The notes beneath the pieces are model-generated. The model was not told where the DNA came from, did not search any database, and worked only from the letters and a program-made list of their open reading frames with translations. Positions 39,353 through 48,401 of a stretch of DNA of 64,000 bases are shown in pieces (positions within the stretch are counted from its first letter, which is position 1; each line of letters starts with the position of its first letter). Made by a program: the position numbers and the translations under genes. Origin of the DNA: Actinobacteria bacterium UBA7524 (GTDB taxonomy: Bacteria; Actinomycetota; Coriobacteriia; Anaerosomatales; UBA912); NCBI GenBank assembly GCA_002478275.1, contig DLMY01000059.1, forward strand, positions 1 through 64,000. The letters run 5' to 3'.

Positions 39353-40579
39353 TTACTCAGCGAGAATCCATGCACCGTCCTTGACCTCGTAGAACACAAG
39401 GTCGTCGGCGGTGAGTCCGTTGTGGTTCGTCTCGGAGAAGGTGAACACTCCACCGATACCGACGAACCCGGATGTCTTCTCGATCTCGTCGCGCAGGTCT
39501 GCCGAGGTGAAGCCCTCGTCAAGCCGCTTCATCGCTTCGACCACCAGGTAAAGCCCGTCGTACGCATGTCCCGCGAACGTGTCCGGAGCCTTGCCGTAGC
39601 GCTCTGTATAGCGCTCGATGAAGTCGACCGCGACCTGATAGCTCTCAGTGTCGGTACCGTAGGTCTCAGGGATGAGCACCTTGCCCGCAGCGAAGCGGAA
39701 GCCCTCAGCAGCTTCGCCAGCGCCCTGGATGAACTCCACGCGTGCGTTGCCGTGGCTGCCGATCAGTGGGATCTCCATCCCCAGGTCAGCCATGTTCTGG
39801 GCGACGGTAGCTGCCTCGCGGCCGGCGCTCCACATGACCACAGCCTGTGCGTCGGTCGCACGGATCCTGGTGAGCTGTCCGCTCATGTCCGTGTCACCGG
39901 GGTTGAAGGTCTGCTCTTCGACGATCTCGATCCCGGCTCCAGGCGCCAGGTCCTTCCAGACCGCAAGACCGTCGGCACCGAAACCGCCTGTATCCGTGAC
40001 CAGTCCGATCTTGGTGATCTCCTGCGCCTTGATGTAGTCGATCGTGTACGGGATGACGAGCGCGTTGCTCCAGGGGGTCTGGAACACCAGCGGGTCGAAA
40101 TCCGCCGTGATGACCGTACCACCGGCCAAGGAGACCTGTGGGATGCCTGCGCGATTGATCTCGCCGCGCATGCCCATCGTGGCTCCCGTACCGCTCGAGC
40201 CGATGATCGCAAGCACGTTGTCCTTGTCGATCAGACGCGCGGTCGCCGCAACGGCGGTCTCGGGATCGGTCGCGTCATCCTCGTAGATGACCTCGATAGG
40301 ATGGCCGTTCACGCCACCGGCCTCGTTGATGCGCTCGACCTCCATCTCGATGGTGTTCTTCTCCGGCTCCCCAAGCCCGGCGAAGCTTCCTGTCAGCGAC
40401 AGGACCGCACCGATCACGTAGGGGTCTTTCACCTCTTCGACGGTCTCCTCGGCCTCATCCTCAGGCTCGGGGGTGGTGCATCCGCTCAGCGGCACCATCA
40501 AGAGCCCGAAGATGAGAACCACGGAGAGCAGAAGACGCAGGCGCCCCTCTCTCATGATCCAACTTGCCTTACCCATCAC
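39353..40579 (-). CDS. HAAT-type substrate-binding lipoprotein (copy B)
   Basis: Lipobox LSGC, IGAVLSLTG, INEAGGVNGHP, FAGHAYD; clear paralog of copy A. Confidence 0.9.
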   Translation of the reverse strand: MMGKASWIMREGRLRLLLSVVLIFGLLMVPLSGCTTPEPEDEAEETVEEVKDPYVIGAVLSLTGSFAGLGEPEKNTIEMEVERINEAGGVNGHPIEVIYEDDATDPETAVAATARLIDKDNVLAIIGSSGTGATMGMRGEINRAGIPQVSLAGGTVITADFDPLVFQTPWSNALVIPYTIDYIKAQEITKIGLVTDTGGFGADGLAVWKDLAPGAGIEIVEEQTFNPGDTDMSGQLTRIRATDAQAVVMWSAGREAATVAQNMADLGMEIPLIGSHGNARVEFIQGAGEAAEGFRFAAGKVLIPETYGTDTESYQVAVDFIERYTERYGKAPDTFAGHAYDGLYLVVEAMKRLDEGFTSADLRDEIEKTSGFVGIGGVFTFSETNHNGLTADDLVFYEVKDGAWILAE

Positions 40580-40680
40580 CCAACCTCCTTAGAAACGCGT
40601 TCCCCTCCGGCCAAATAAACCGGCCGTGTCCCTCGACCGGGTGTCCCCGTTACCCGTACATCCTCTTCGCGCGCATCCTC

Positions 40681-41097
40681 TCAGACAGCTGCGATCTCCT
40701 CGTGCGAGACGAGCTGCACCGGCTGTCCCTCCAACAGACTCAAAGCAGCGTCGACGTCGCCGACGTTGAGCACGACGTACGTCGCCACCAGGGAGTAGAT
40801 GTACTCGATATTGACACCGGCGTCTGACACGATCTTCAGAACACGTGCCAAGGAGCCCGGTTCGTCGTCCAACCGGATGCAGATGACCTCGCTCTCCTTG
40901 ACCGTGAAACCGCGCTGCCTGAGCGCATCGCGACCGACGTCGGGCTTGTCCACCACAAGACGCAGGATGCCGTAGTCGGCGGTGTCCGAGACCGAGAACC
41001 CGCGTATGTTGACGCCATGCTCGCCCAGGACCTCGGTGACCTCGCTCACGCGACCCGCCTTGTTCTCGATGAACACCGACAACTGATGGACCTTCAT
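40681..41097 (-). CDS. Tandem ACT-domain protein
   Basis: QLSVFIENKAGR, SDTADYGILRL, DEPGSL, NIEYIYS. Confidence 0.9.
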   Translation of the reverse strand: MKVHQLSVFIENKAGRVSEVTEVLGEHGVNIRGFSVSDTADYGILRLVVDKPDVGRDALRQRGFTVKESEVICIRLDDEPGSLARVLKIVSDAGVNIEYIYSLVATYVVLNVGDVDAALSLLEGQPVQLVSHEEIAAV

Positions 41098-41687
41098 CGC
41101 ATGCACTCCCCTTCGATACATGCCTGCCGTCCCAGCTCGAACGCTCGCAGGTTCACCTCGACCGTCGCGGCCGGAACCCGCTCCTCGATGACGCTCTCCC
41201 ACTGTCCACGGTCGAACTCAAGACCCGTGGAGAGCGCACCGAGCAACACGATGTTCGCGGATTTCGGGCTGCCCGCCTGACACGCGAGCTGCTCTGCGTC
41301 GAGGAACACCGCTCCCTCGGTCTCCAAAGCACCCTCGAGCCCCTCAGGACGCTCCGTATCCCCTATGAGCACCGGCAGCGGGTCGATGATCCGCGTATTG
41401 ACGAGCAGACGCCCGCCGGGTCTCACGAAGCGCAGGCATCGAGCGGCTTCTATCAGCTCGAATGCGACCAGATGGTCCGCCATACCCGGATCGACGATCG
41501 GTGAGTGCACCTGCTCACCGAAGCGCACGGTGGTGTCCACCGACCCGCCACGCTGCGCCATGCCGTGCACCTCTGAAAGCTTGACATCAAGCCCAGCGGC
41601 CGCAGCGACCTTGGCCAACACATCGGCGGCCAGGATCGTGCCCTGACCCCCTACCCCGGCTAGAACGACAGTCGTGACGGCCATCAT
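41094..41687 (-). CDS. iorB: Indolepyruvate:ferredoxin oxidoreductase beta subunit
   Basis: GVGGQG, SEVHGMAQRGGSV, ANIVLLG, NLRAFELG. Confidence 0.93.
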   Translation of the reverse strand: MMAVTTVVLAGVGGQGTILAADVLAKVAAAAGLDVKLSEVHGMAQRGGSVDTTVRFGEQVHSPIVDPGMADHLVAFELIEAARCLRFVRPGGRLLVNTRIIDPLPVLIGDTERPEGLEGALETEGAVFLDAEQLACQAGSPKSANIVLLGALSTGLEFDRGQWESVIEERVPAATVEVNLRAFELGRQACIEGECMR

Positions 41688-43441
41688 ACGCCTCCGATAT
41701 CACAGGCGGGCCCGGCAGGTTCGATAGCGTCGAAGCGGCAGACCTGAACGCACTGGGCGCAGCCCACGCACAGCGTCACGTCGATGAACGCCTTGCCGCC
41801 CTCGACGCTGCTGATGGCCGGGCACCCGAGCCGGATGCACGCCCCACACGCCGTACACGCTTCGTCGTTTACCGCATACACCGCTTCGCGCTCTTTGAGC
41901 AGCAACGCGCAGGGTGCGCGCATGATGATCACGGAAAGCTCGTCGCGAGCGACTTCCTCCTTGACGACGCGCTCCGTCTCGGCCAGGTCGTGCGGGTCGA
42001 CCACGGTCACGTGCTCGATCCCCATCGCGGCACACAGCGCCTCGAGATCGAGCTCGCGGTTCTGGCGACCCGAAAGCGTCCGGCCGGTCACGGGATTGCC
42101 CTGATGGCCGGTCATAGCGGTGATGCGGTTGTCCAGTATCGCGATCGTCCCCACACCGGCGTTGTACGCCATATGCATCAGGCCGGTCACGCCGGAGTGC
42201 GCGAACGTCGAATCCCCGATCACGCCGACCACCGGCTTCTTCTCGGTCGAGGCGCCCGCAAGTGCCATCCCGTGCGCCATACCGATACCCGCGCCCATGC
42301 ACACGCACGAGTCCATCGCGGCAAGCGGCTGCAGCGCCGCGAGCGTGTAACAGCCGATATCGCCCGTCACCGTCGCACGCGCCTTGCGCAGCGCGTAGAA
42401 GGCGCCGCGGTGCGGACAGCCCGGGCACATCAGAGGAGGCCGGGGCGGCAGTCCCTCGATACCCGCACGCGTCTCCGGCTCGCCCATGCCGAACGCCGAG
42501 GAGACCTTGCCCGGAGACAGCTCGCCGTCGGCAGGCAACGAGGTCTCCTCGACAGGTATGCCCATGGCGAGCAGGCTCTTGGCCAGGTAGGTATCGGCTT
42601 CCTCGACCACGGCGATGCGGTCGACCGAAGCCGCGAAGCGCTTGATGCGCTCAGCCGCGAGCGGGAACCCGAGCGCGACCTTGTAGACCGAGGCCTCGGG
42701 CAGCGCCTCGCGCACGTACTGGTACGCGACGCCCGAGACGACCACGCCGAGTTCGGTCGAGCCTTCGTGTACGGTGTCGGGACCTTCGTCACTCTCGGCC
42801 CATTCGGTGAGCGCACGCATGCGTTCGTCGAGGTCGAGACGGCGTTTGCGCGCCATCGCGGGCATCATGACCCACTTGGCGGCGTCTTTCTCGTAGGGCT
42901 TCGGTTCGGCCTCGATGCGCTCCCCCACCTCGACGAGGCCCTTCGAGTGCGAGATGCGAGTCACCGAGCGCACGATCACGGGGATGTCGAAGCGCTCGGA
43001 GAGCTCGAACGCGAGCTTGGTGAAGGCCAGTGCCTCGGCCGAGTCGGAAGGCTCGAGAACCGGCACGCGTGCGAACGGGCCCCAGTTGCGCGAGTCCTGT
43101 TCGTTTTGCGAGGAATGCATACCGGGATCATCGGCCACGAGCACCACGAGTCCGCCGCTCACACCGGTGTATGCGAGCGTGAAGAGCGGGTCAGCGGCGA
43201 CGTTCATGCCGACGTGCTTCATCGTGACCAGCGCTCGCCTGCCGCCCATGCTCACTCCGGCGGCCACTTCGAGCGCCACTTTCTCGTTGGGCGCCCACTC
43301 GGCGATCACGTCTTCCATAAGTACGAGGTTTTGCAGGGTCTCGGTGGAAGGCGTGCCCGGATAAGCCACGCCGACGGCCACGCCGGCCTCCCACGCGCCA
43401 CGCGCGATCGCCTCGTTTCCGGATAGCAGTATCGCAGCCAC
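41684..43441 (-). CDS. iorA: Indolepyruvate:ferredoxin oxidoreductase alpha subunit
   Basis: GNEAIARGA, YPGTPSTE, NEKVALE, SSQNEQD, CPGCPH, GDIGCY, IGDSTF, two C-terminal 4Fe-4S motifs. Confidence 0.95.
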   Translation of the reverse strand: MAAILLSGNEAIARGAWEAGVAVGVAYPGTPSTETLQNLVLMEDVIAEWAPNEKVALEVAAGVSMGGRRALVTMKHVGMNVAADPLFTLAYTGVSGGLVVLVADDPGMHSSQNEQDSRNWGPFARVPVLEPSDSAEALAFTKLAFELSERFDIPVIVRSVTRISHSKGLVEVGERIEAEPKPYEKDAAKWVMMPAMARKRRLDLDERMRALTEWAESDEGPDTVHEGSTELGVVVSGVAYQYVREALPEASVYKVALGFPLAAERIKRFAASVDRIAVVEEADTYLAKSLLAMGIPVEETSLPADGELSPGKVSSAFGMGEPETRAGIEGLPPRPPLMCPGCPHRGAFYALRKARATVTGDIGCYTLAALQPLAAMDSCVCMGAGIGMAHGMALAGASTEKKPVVGVIGDSTFAHSGVTGLMHMAYNAGVGTIAILDNRITAMTGHQGNPVTGRTLSGRQNRELDLEALCAAMGIEHVTVVDPHDLAETERVVKEEVARDELSVIIMRAPCALLLKEREAVYAVNDEACTACGACIRLGCPAISSVEGGKAFIDVTLCVGCAQCVQVCRFDAIEPAGPACDIGGV

Positions 43442-43588
43442 GCATCACCTTTCGTCGAGTCATACCCCGGCCCGGGAATGAGAGGAATCATACCATAGGA
43501 ATACACCGAAAAGCGCTGGTCGACTGCCGAATGGTATGCGCGGAGACGTGTACGGCGCCTCTGAGTCGCCACGCACGGAAAGGGACTG

Positions 43589-44770
43589 TCAGAACCGCGA
43601 GGCTCCGACGTAGTCGCGCTTGCTCGCTATGCGTTCAGTGAGCGAGGAGATCGTGACCTTCTCACCGGTCCTCGGCGCATGCAGATAGTCGCCGTTGCCG
43701 ACATAGAAGCCGACGTGATGCACCCGGCTCGGATCGCCGTCGTAACCGAAGAACACCAGGTCACCCGGGACCAGCAGGTCGAGTCGCGTGGGGGGTATGT
43801 GCGTGCCCGCGCGGAACTGCTGGCGGCTGGTGCGCGGGATGTTGACGCCGATCTGCCGGTAGCAGTACATCGTCAGCCCCGAACAGTCGAAGCCGGCAGG
43901 AGTCGACCCGCCGTAGACGTAGTCGACCACGCCCACGAACTGCAGCGCGACCTGCACGACCTCCGGATGCCCGTTACCCAGCGCGGTCGCCTCGATCGAG
44001 CGCTCGATACCCGGGCCGCCCGAGGCCGCCCTCTGCGCCGCTGCCCGTGCGGCTTCCTCGGCGCGACGCCGCGCTTCCTCGGCGAGCCTCGCCTGGCGCT
44101 CCTGCTCCTCGCGCACCAGACGCGCGACCTCGCCCTCCAGGTCGCGGAGGTACGCGAGCTGCGCGGTGAGCGCGTCTTCGACCTGCGCCTTGGCGGCCTT
44201 CGCCTTGTTCTTGAGGATCGACTCCTCGGCCTCCCGGCGCTCGAGCGACTGCCGCACCCTGAGCACGTCATCGCGCGCCTCGGCCACAGCCGCGACCACG
44301 GCGGTATCGTTTCGGTTGATGCGCCGCATCCACTCAAGCCGGGTCAGGAAGTCCGCAAACGATTTCGTGCCGAGGAACACCTCGATCGCCCCGACATCCC
44401 CGGTGCGGTAGATCTCGCGCGCCCGCTCCTCCAGCCGCGTGCGGGCCTCGCCGAGATCCGATTCCGCCCGCTCGAGCCTGATCCGCGCGTCCTCGACGTG
44501 CTTGCGCGTCTCGGCGAGCTGCTCGGAGACGGCCTCGAACTCCTCTGCGCGCAGTTCGAGCTGCGCCTGGAGCTCGTCGAGTTCGGCCTCGGCGGCACGT
44601 GCCTTCTCGCGCGCGGCGACGATCTCGGGAGTGTCGGCGACAGGAGGGGTCGCGGATAGCGGCGCGGGAGCGTCAAGCAGCAGACACACGCCGAGAAGAC
44701 ACGCGGCGAAACGCCGCATGTGGAGCTTCGCGGTTCCTCTGGCTACGGATAGTCTACGATCGAGGCGCAT
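43589..44770 (-). CDS. Secreted coiled-coil NlpC/P60 peptidoglycan endopeptidase (CwlO/RipA-like)
   Basis: Signal-like segment, long coiled coil, YVYGG..P.GFDCSGL, PRTSRQQ, PGDLVFF, HVGFY, HAP. Start uncertain (44770 has a GGAG RBS). Confidence 0.9.
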   Translation of the reverse strand: MRLDRRLSVARGTAKLHMRRFAACLLGVCLLLDAPAPLSATPPVADTPEIVAAREKARAAEAELDELQAQLELRAEEFEAVSEQLAETRKHVEDARIRLERAESDLGEARTRLEERAREIYRTGDVGAIEVFLGTKSFADFLTRLEWMRRINRNDTAVVAAVAEARDDVLRVRQSLERREAEESILKNKAKAAKAQVEDALTAQLAYLRDLEGEVARLVREEQERQARLAEEARRRAEEAARAAAQRAASGGPGIERSIEATALGNGHPEVVQVALQFVGVVDYVYGGSTPAGFDCSGLTMYCYRQIGVNIPRTSRQQFRAGTHIPPTRLDLLVPGDLVFFGYDGDPSRVHHVGFYVGNGDYLHAPRTGEKVTISSLTERIASKRDYVGASRF

Positions 44771-44853
44771 GGTGGCTCCGTCACCTTCAAGTTCGCCTTC
44801 GATGATAGCACAGTCGGGGGCGATTCGGCTGGTAGAGGACGTGTGAGGTGAGG

Positions 44854-45061
44854 TCACTCCTCGTTGCCTTCCTCGGCGCGAATGAGCTGGCTGCCGTGTC
44901 GCACCGACAGAATCTCGATATCCATGCCGAGACGGTAGAAGACGCGGTAGGCGCCGAAGAGACTGTCGGCCCAGCGTTCCGCGGCATCCGGATCATCCTG
45001 CGATATGCACCGCAATCTCTCTCACCCGATCAAGCGCGGGGTCAGTCCAGATCACCTGCAT
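44854..45061 (-). pseudogene. ParE/RelE-family toxin remnant (frameshift plus probable internal deletion)
   Basis: Hand translation: MQVIWTDPALDRVREIAVHI, frameshift near 45001, then QDDPDAAERWADSLFGAYRVFYRLGMDIEILSVRHGSQL...*. Confidence 0.78.
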
Positions 45062-45274
45062 TTCTGGATGCTCGCCATGAGGCAACCCCGATCAAGACGC
45101 GATCAACGCCCTCATCAGTAGGCGATCGCCAGAGGAGCGCTGACATGATCAGCGACCCGATCGCTCCGTCCGGCTCGCCGGATTCTGGGTGCGATACGCG
45201 CGCGGACTGGCCGCTCGCGAACCAACCCTTCAGTGTGCCGGTGACCTCCGTGCTGATCTCCGATCGCGTCGACC

Positions 45275-46282
45275 CTACCTCGCCGTGAGACGCCTCCAGG
45301 CACGCTCCCCTTTTCGCCTCAGGCGCCAGAGCACGATCGGGGGCATGCGACGGGCGATATCGAGACGCCGCGTCACGTAGCGGTGCAACTCTTTCATCTC
45401 GGCTGGCGTCAGGTCGTGCAGCACCTGCTCGAAGTGCTCGGAGGAGATGTCCGTCTCGGCCATCTCCTTCAACCGGTCGTACACATCGGCCGAGAGCTCA
45501 GCCACCGGCTCGGCCAGCTTCTCAAGCTGTTCCTTCAACGCCGCAAGATCGAGGAAGTGCGTCTCCTTCGCCTCTTCGTCGAACGCGGCGAACTCGTAGT
45601 CGAACGGGATGTCGTGGATAGGGCGTCCGGTCACCGCATACATCTCGCTGTACAGGTACTTGACCGCCAGGCGCACGAGCCCCTCCTTCTCGATGCGGCG
45701 CATCGACGTGGGCAAGGCGGTGTCTCGCAATACCCGGAACTTCGCGACCTTGGCTGCTCGCTGGACGTACTCGTGATCCTCGGCAAGCACCACGGTCTCG
45801 TCGAAGCCGCCGATGCTTTCGTGCACATCGCGACGGACGAGTATGCAGAACCCGGCCGCGTGCGGCGACACGTACTGCATGAGCAGCAGGTACAGATTCG
45901 CCAGCTCGCAGGCGACGATGTACTCCGGATCGCGCTCCACCGGCGCCAGCTGACCGGCCGCGCAACCCAAGCGGCGCTCGACGAACTCATCGACTGCATG
46001 CTCGATGAAGGTCGCTTCGGGCTCCACGTCCGCGTCGAGGAAGAAGATCAGCTCTGTCGAAGCCGCCGCCGCTCCCGCGTTACGACCGACACCAGGACTT
46101 CCGCCTTGCACGACGCGCGCGCCTCGCTGCTCAGCAAGCTCGCGAGTCGCGTCCGTAGACCCTGCGTCCGCCACGACGATGGCGTCAGGCACCCGCGTCT
46201 GCGCCGCGAGCAAGTCGAGCAGCTGCGGAAGACGCTCCGCCTCGTTGAGCGCAGGGATGACGACTGTGATGTCAGGATTCAT
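45275..46282 (-). CDS. Family 2 glycosyltransferase with a helical C-terminal extension
   Basis: VVIPALNE, VADAGSTD, GRNAGA, FLDAD, GGFDE, AEDHEY, TSMRR. Confidence 0.9.
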   Translation of the reverse strand: MNPDITVVIPALNEAERLPQLLDLLAAQTRVPDAIVVADAGSTDATRELAEQRGARVVQGGSPGVGRNAGAAAASTELIFFLDADVEPEATFIEHAVDEFVERRLGCAAGQLAPVERDPEYIVACELANLYLLLMQYVSPHAAGFCILVRRDVHESIGGFDETVVLAEDHEYVQRAAKVAKFRVLRDTALPTSMRRIEKEGLVRLAVKYLYSEMYAVTGRPIHDIPFDYEFAAFDEEAKETHFLDLAALKEQLEKLAEPVAELSADVYDRLKEMAETDISSEHFEQVLHDLTPAEMKELHRYVTRRLDIARRMPPIVLWRLRRKGERAWRRLTAR

Positions 46283-46363
46283 GTAGTGGAGGATACCGGA
46301 CTAGCGGGGGGCGTGGGGGTGGACAGCCTCGGCAGGGCGATATGTGGCGATTCGAACTTGAAC

Positions 46364-46669
46364 TCAGGCACCTACGATGGGCCTTCCGATCAGCTCCAAG
46401 AACTCAGCCACCTGCTTACGCCCGTACAACGGTTGGCGATACCCATTGCCCTGTTCGTATGGACTGCCAGGCTTGAAGCCGGCAGAGACGAGCAGGCTTC
46501 GGAGCCGCTCCAGTTCGACCTCAGAGCAGACGCACAATCGGACCTCGTCGCCTTTCTTGTAGCGGGTCCATCCTTCCTGCGCCACGCGGACAGGATTCTG
46601 GCGTCTCACATAGCCACTACGGTCGAAGATATCCGTGAGTTCCTGGACGACTGCCGTGTTCGTTCGCAT
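46364..46669 (-). CDS. Small stand-alone LAGLIDADG-like protein
   Basis: ELTDIFDRSGYV...EVRLCVCSEVELERLRSLLVSAGF...YRQPLYGRKQVAEFLELIG follows the single LAGLIDADG domain pattern; start could be 46741. Confidence 0.55.
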   Translation of the reverse strand: MRTNTAVVQELTDIFDRSGYVRRQNPVRVAQEGWTRYKKGDEVRLCVCSEVELERLRSLLVSAGFKPGSPYEQGNGYRQPLYGRKQVAEFLELIGRPIVGA

Positions 46670-46816
46670 CCTCAGGCCCTTCGTAACGACGCGTCTGACG
46701 CATGTCGCGCAAGAGCTGCGTGCCTCAAGCTCCGACACCACTCAACTGCGGCCAGGTGGAACGACTGCGTCCTTAAGTCTCACACGGACCCTCGCCTCTA
46801 GGCCCACTCCCCGCCC

Positions 46817-47332
46817 CTACGTCACATGTATCAGCGAGACGATCTTGGGATTCCCCAGCTTGTCGCGGCCGTGCAGGAAGTCGAGCTCAATGAGGAACGC
46901 GAACCCGGCGACCTTGGCGTTCATTCCGGTGACCAGGGCACCCTTGGCAGCCGCGGTGCCACCCGTCGCGAGTACGTCATCGACGATCAGGACCACGTCA
47001 TCGGCGCTGATCGCGTCGGTGTGGACCTCGAGCGCGTCGGTACCGTACTCCAGCTCGTACTCGTGAGCAGTCGTGTTCCACGGCAGTTTGCCCGGCTTCC
47101 GAGCCGGGATGAAGCCCGCGCCAAGCTTGTAGGCGAGCGCCCCGCCGAAGATGAAGCCGCGCGCTTCGGCACCAAGCACCTTCGTGATCCCTGCGTCGGC
47201 ATACTCAGAGGCTATGGTGTCGATCGCCTCTCGAAAGCCCTCGGGGCTGGCCAGAAGCGGGGTGATGTCCTTGAAGATGATGCCTTCTTGCGGGAAGTTC
47301 GGGATGTCTCTGATGAGTGAGTCGAGATGCAC
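46817..47332 (-). CDS. apt: Adenine phosphoribosyltransferase
   Basis: IRDIPNFPQEGIIFKDITPLL, EARGF, RKPGKLP, YELEYG, VDDVLATGGT; GTG 47332 with AGGAG RBS. Confidence 0.96.
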   Translation of the reverse strand: MHLDSLIRDIPNFPQEGIIFKDITPLLASPEGFREAIDTIASEYADAGITKVLGAEARGFIFGGALAYKLGAGFIPARKPGKLPWNTTAHEYELEYGTDALEVHTDAISADDVVLIVDDVLATGGTAAAKGALVTGMNAKVAGFAFLIELDFLHGRDKLGNPKIVSLIHVT

Positions 47333-47400
47333 GGTCGGTTTCCTCTCCTCGGGGCGGACGGTGCAAGGGTACACGTTTTCGAGCAGGTACTCCATCTCGC

Positions 47401-47949
47401 CTAACGCAGCGACTCATCCTTGAGCGCAGCGACATAGGGCAGGTTGCGGTAGCAGCCCCGGTAGTCCAGGCCGTAGCCTACCAGGAACTTGTCGGGCACC
47501 TCGAAGCCACGATACGAGATCGGCAGGTCCACGATTCGCCTGACGTCCTTGTCGAGCAGCGTGCAGACACTGAGCGACGCGGGCTGCCTTGCGCGTAAAA
47601 CCTTAAGGATGTAGTTGAGCGTCAGACCCGTGTCGATGATGTCTTCTACGACCACGACAGAAGCGCCCTCGATCGAGTCGTCGAGGTCCTTGGTGATGCG
47701 CACGCCTCCAGCGGCTCCACTCGCGTACGAACTGACGGCCATGAAGTCGAGTGCAAGGGTCGTGTCGATCGCACGGCATAGATCGGCAAGGAAGAAGACC
47801 CCTCCGCGCAAGACGGTAACGAACCTCAAGTCCCCTCCCGCGTGGTCCGCGGCGATCTCCTCGGCGAGTTGGGGCACTCGCTGGGCTATCTGCTCAGCCG
47901 TGACGATCGGTTTGCCGAGAAGCTCAGCCGGTACCTGCGGGGACGCCAT
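47401..47949 (-). CDS. hpt: Hypoxanthine phosphoribosyltransferase
   Basis: VLRGG..FLADL, DFMAVSSY, VEDIIDTGLTL, LLDK, FLVGYGLDY...RNLP. Confidence 0.96.
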   Translation of the reverse strand: MASPQVPAELLGKPIVTAEQIAQRVPQLAEEIAADHAGGDLRFVTVLRGGVFFLADLCRAIDTTLALDFMAVSSYASGAAGGVRITKDLDDSIEGASVVVVEDIIDTGLTLNYILKVLRARQPASLSVCTLLDKDVRRIVDLPISYRGFEVPDKFLVGYGLDYRGCYRNLPYVAALKDESLR

Positions 47950-48393
47950 CTATCCTCGCCCGTCCTCGTCGCCCGCAGGCTCTACGGCCACGAAACCGCC
48001 GCCCTCTTCGTGCCCTCTGCCCTCTACCGACACGCCGTACTTCATCAGGAGGTTCTTGAAATCGCGCTGGTAGAAGATCTTGATGTTCACGTCCGGGTAC
48101 AGCTCGCGCAGCCTGCGGACCTTGCGGTTCTTCTTCGTGACGAGCTTCTGGCTCATCGTCGTGAGCTCGATGTAGAGATCGAAGTCAGGCAGGTAGAAGT
48201 CAGGGGTGAACGAGGCGATCGGATGCCCTTGCCGGTCCCACTCGATAGGAAACGTGGTGGGCTCGTACTCCCACGCGATCCGGTAGAACTCGAGTATCTC
48301 GGCAGCGACACGCTCGCTTGGATGCGCAAATTGGATGCCTTCGACACGGCCGCCTGGCCGCATCGCGCCCGTATCTTCGATCCGGTCCACCAT
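47950..48393 (-). CDS. Conserved hypothetical protein with a PD-(D/E)XK nuclease-like fold
   Basis: FAHPSE..A..L..Y.I.WEYEP..F...FTPDFYLP..DLYIELTT; stop codon abuts the hpt ATG. Confidence 0.7.
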   Translation of the reverse strand: MVDRIEDTGAMRPGGRVEGIQFAHPSERVAAEILEFYRIAWEYEPTTFPIEWDRQGHPIASFTPDFYLPDFDLYIELTTMSQKLVTKKNRKVRRLRELYPDVNIKIFYQRDFKNLLMKYGVSVEGRGHEEGGGFVAVEPAGDEDGRG

Positions 48394-48401
48394 GATAGGC
48401 G

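Noticed and set aside
44848..45303. ORFs 44848-45288 (+) and 45115-45303 (-), the latter as a possible antitoxin
   Set aside because: No Phd/RHH-like features; the + ORF is antisense to the toxin relic.
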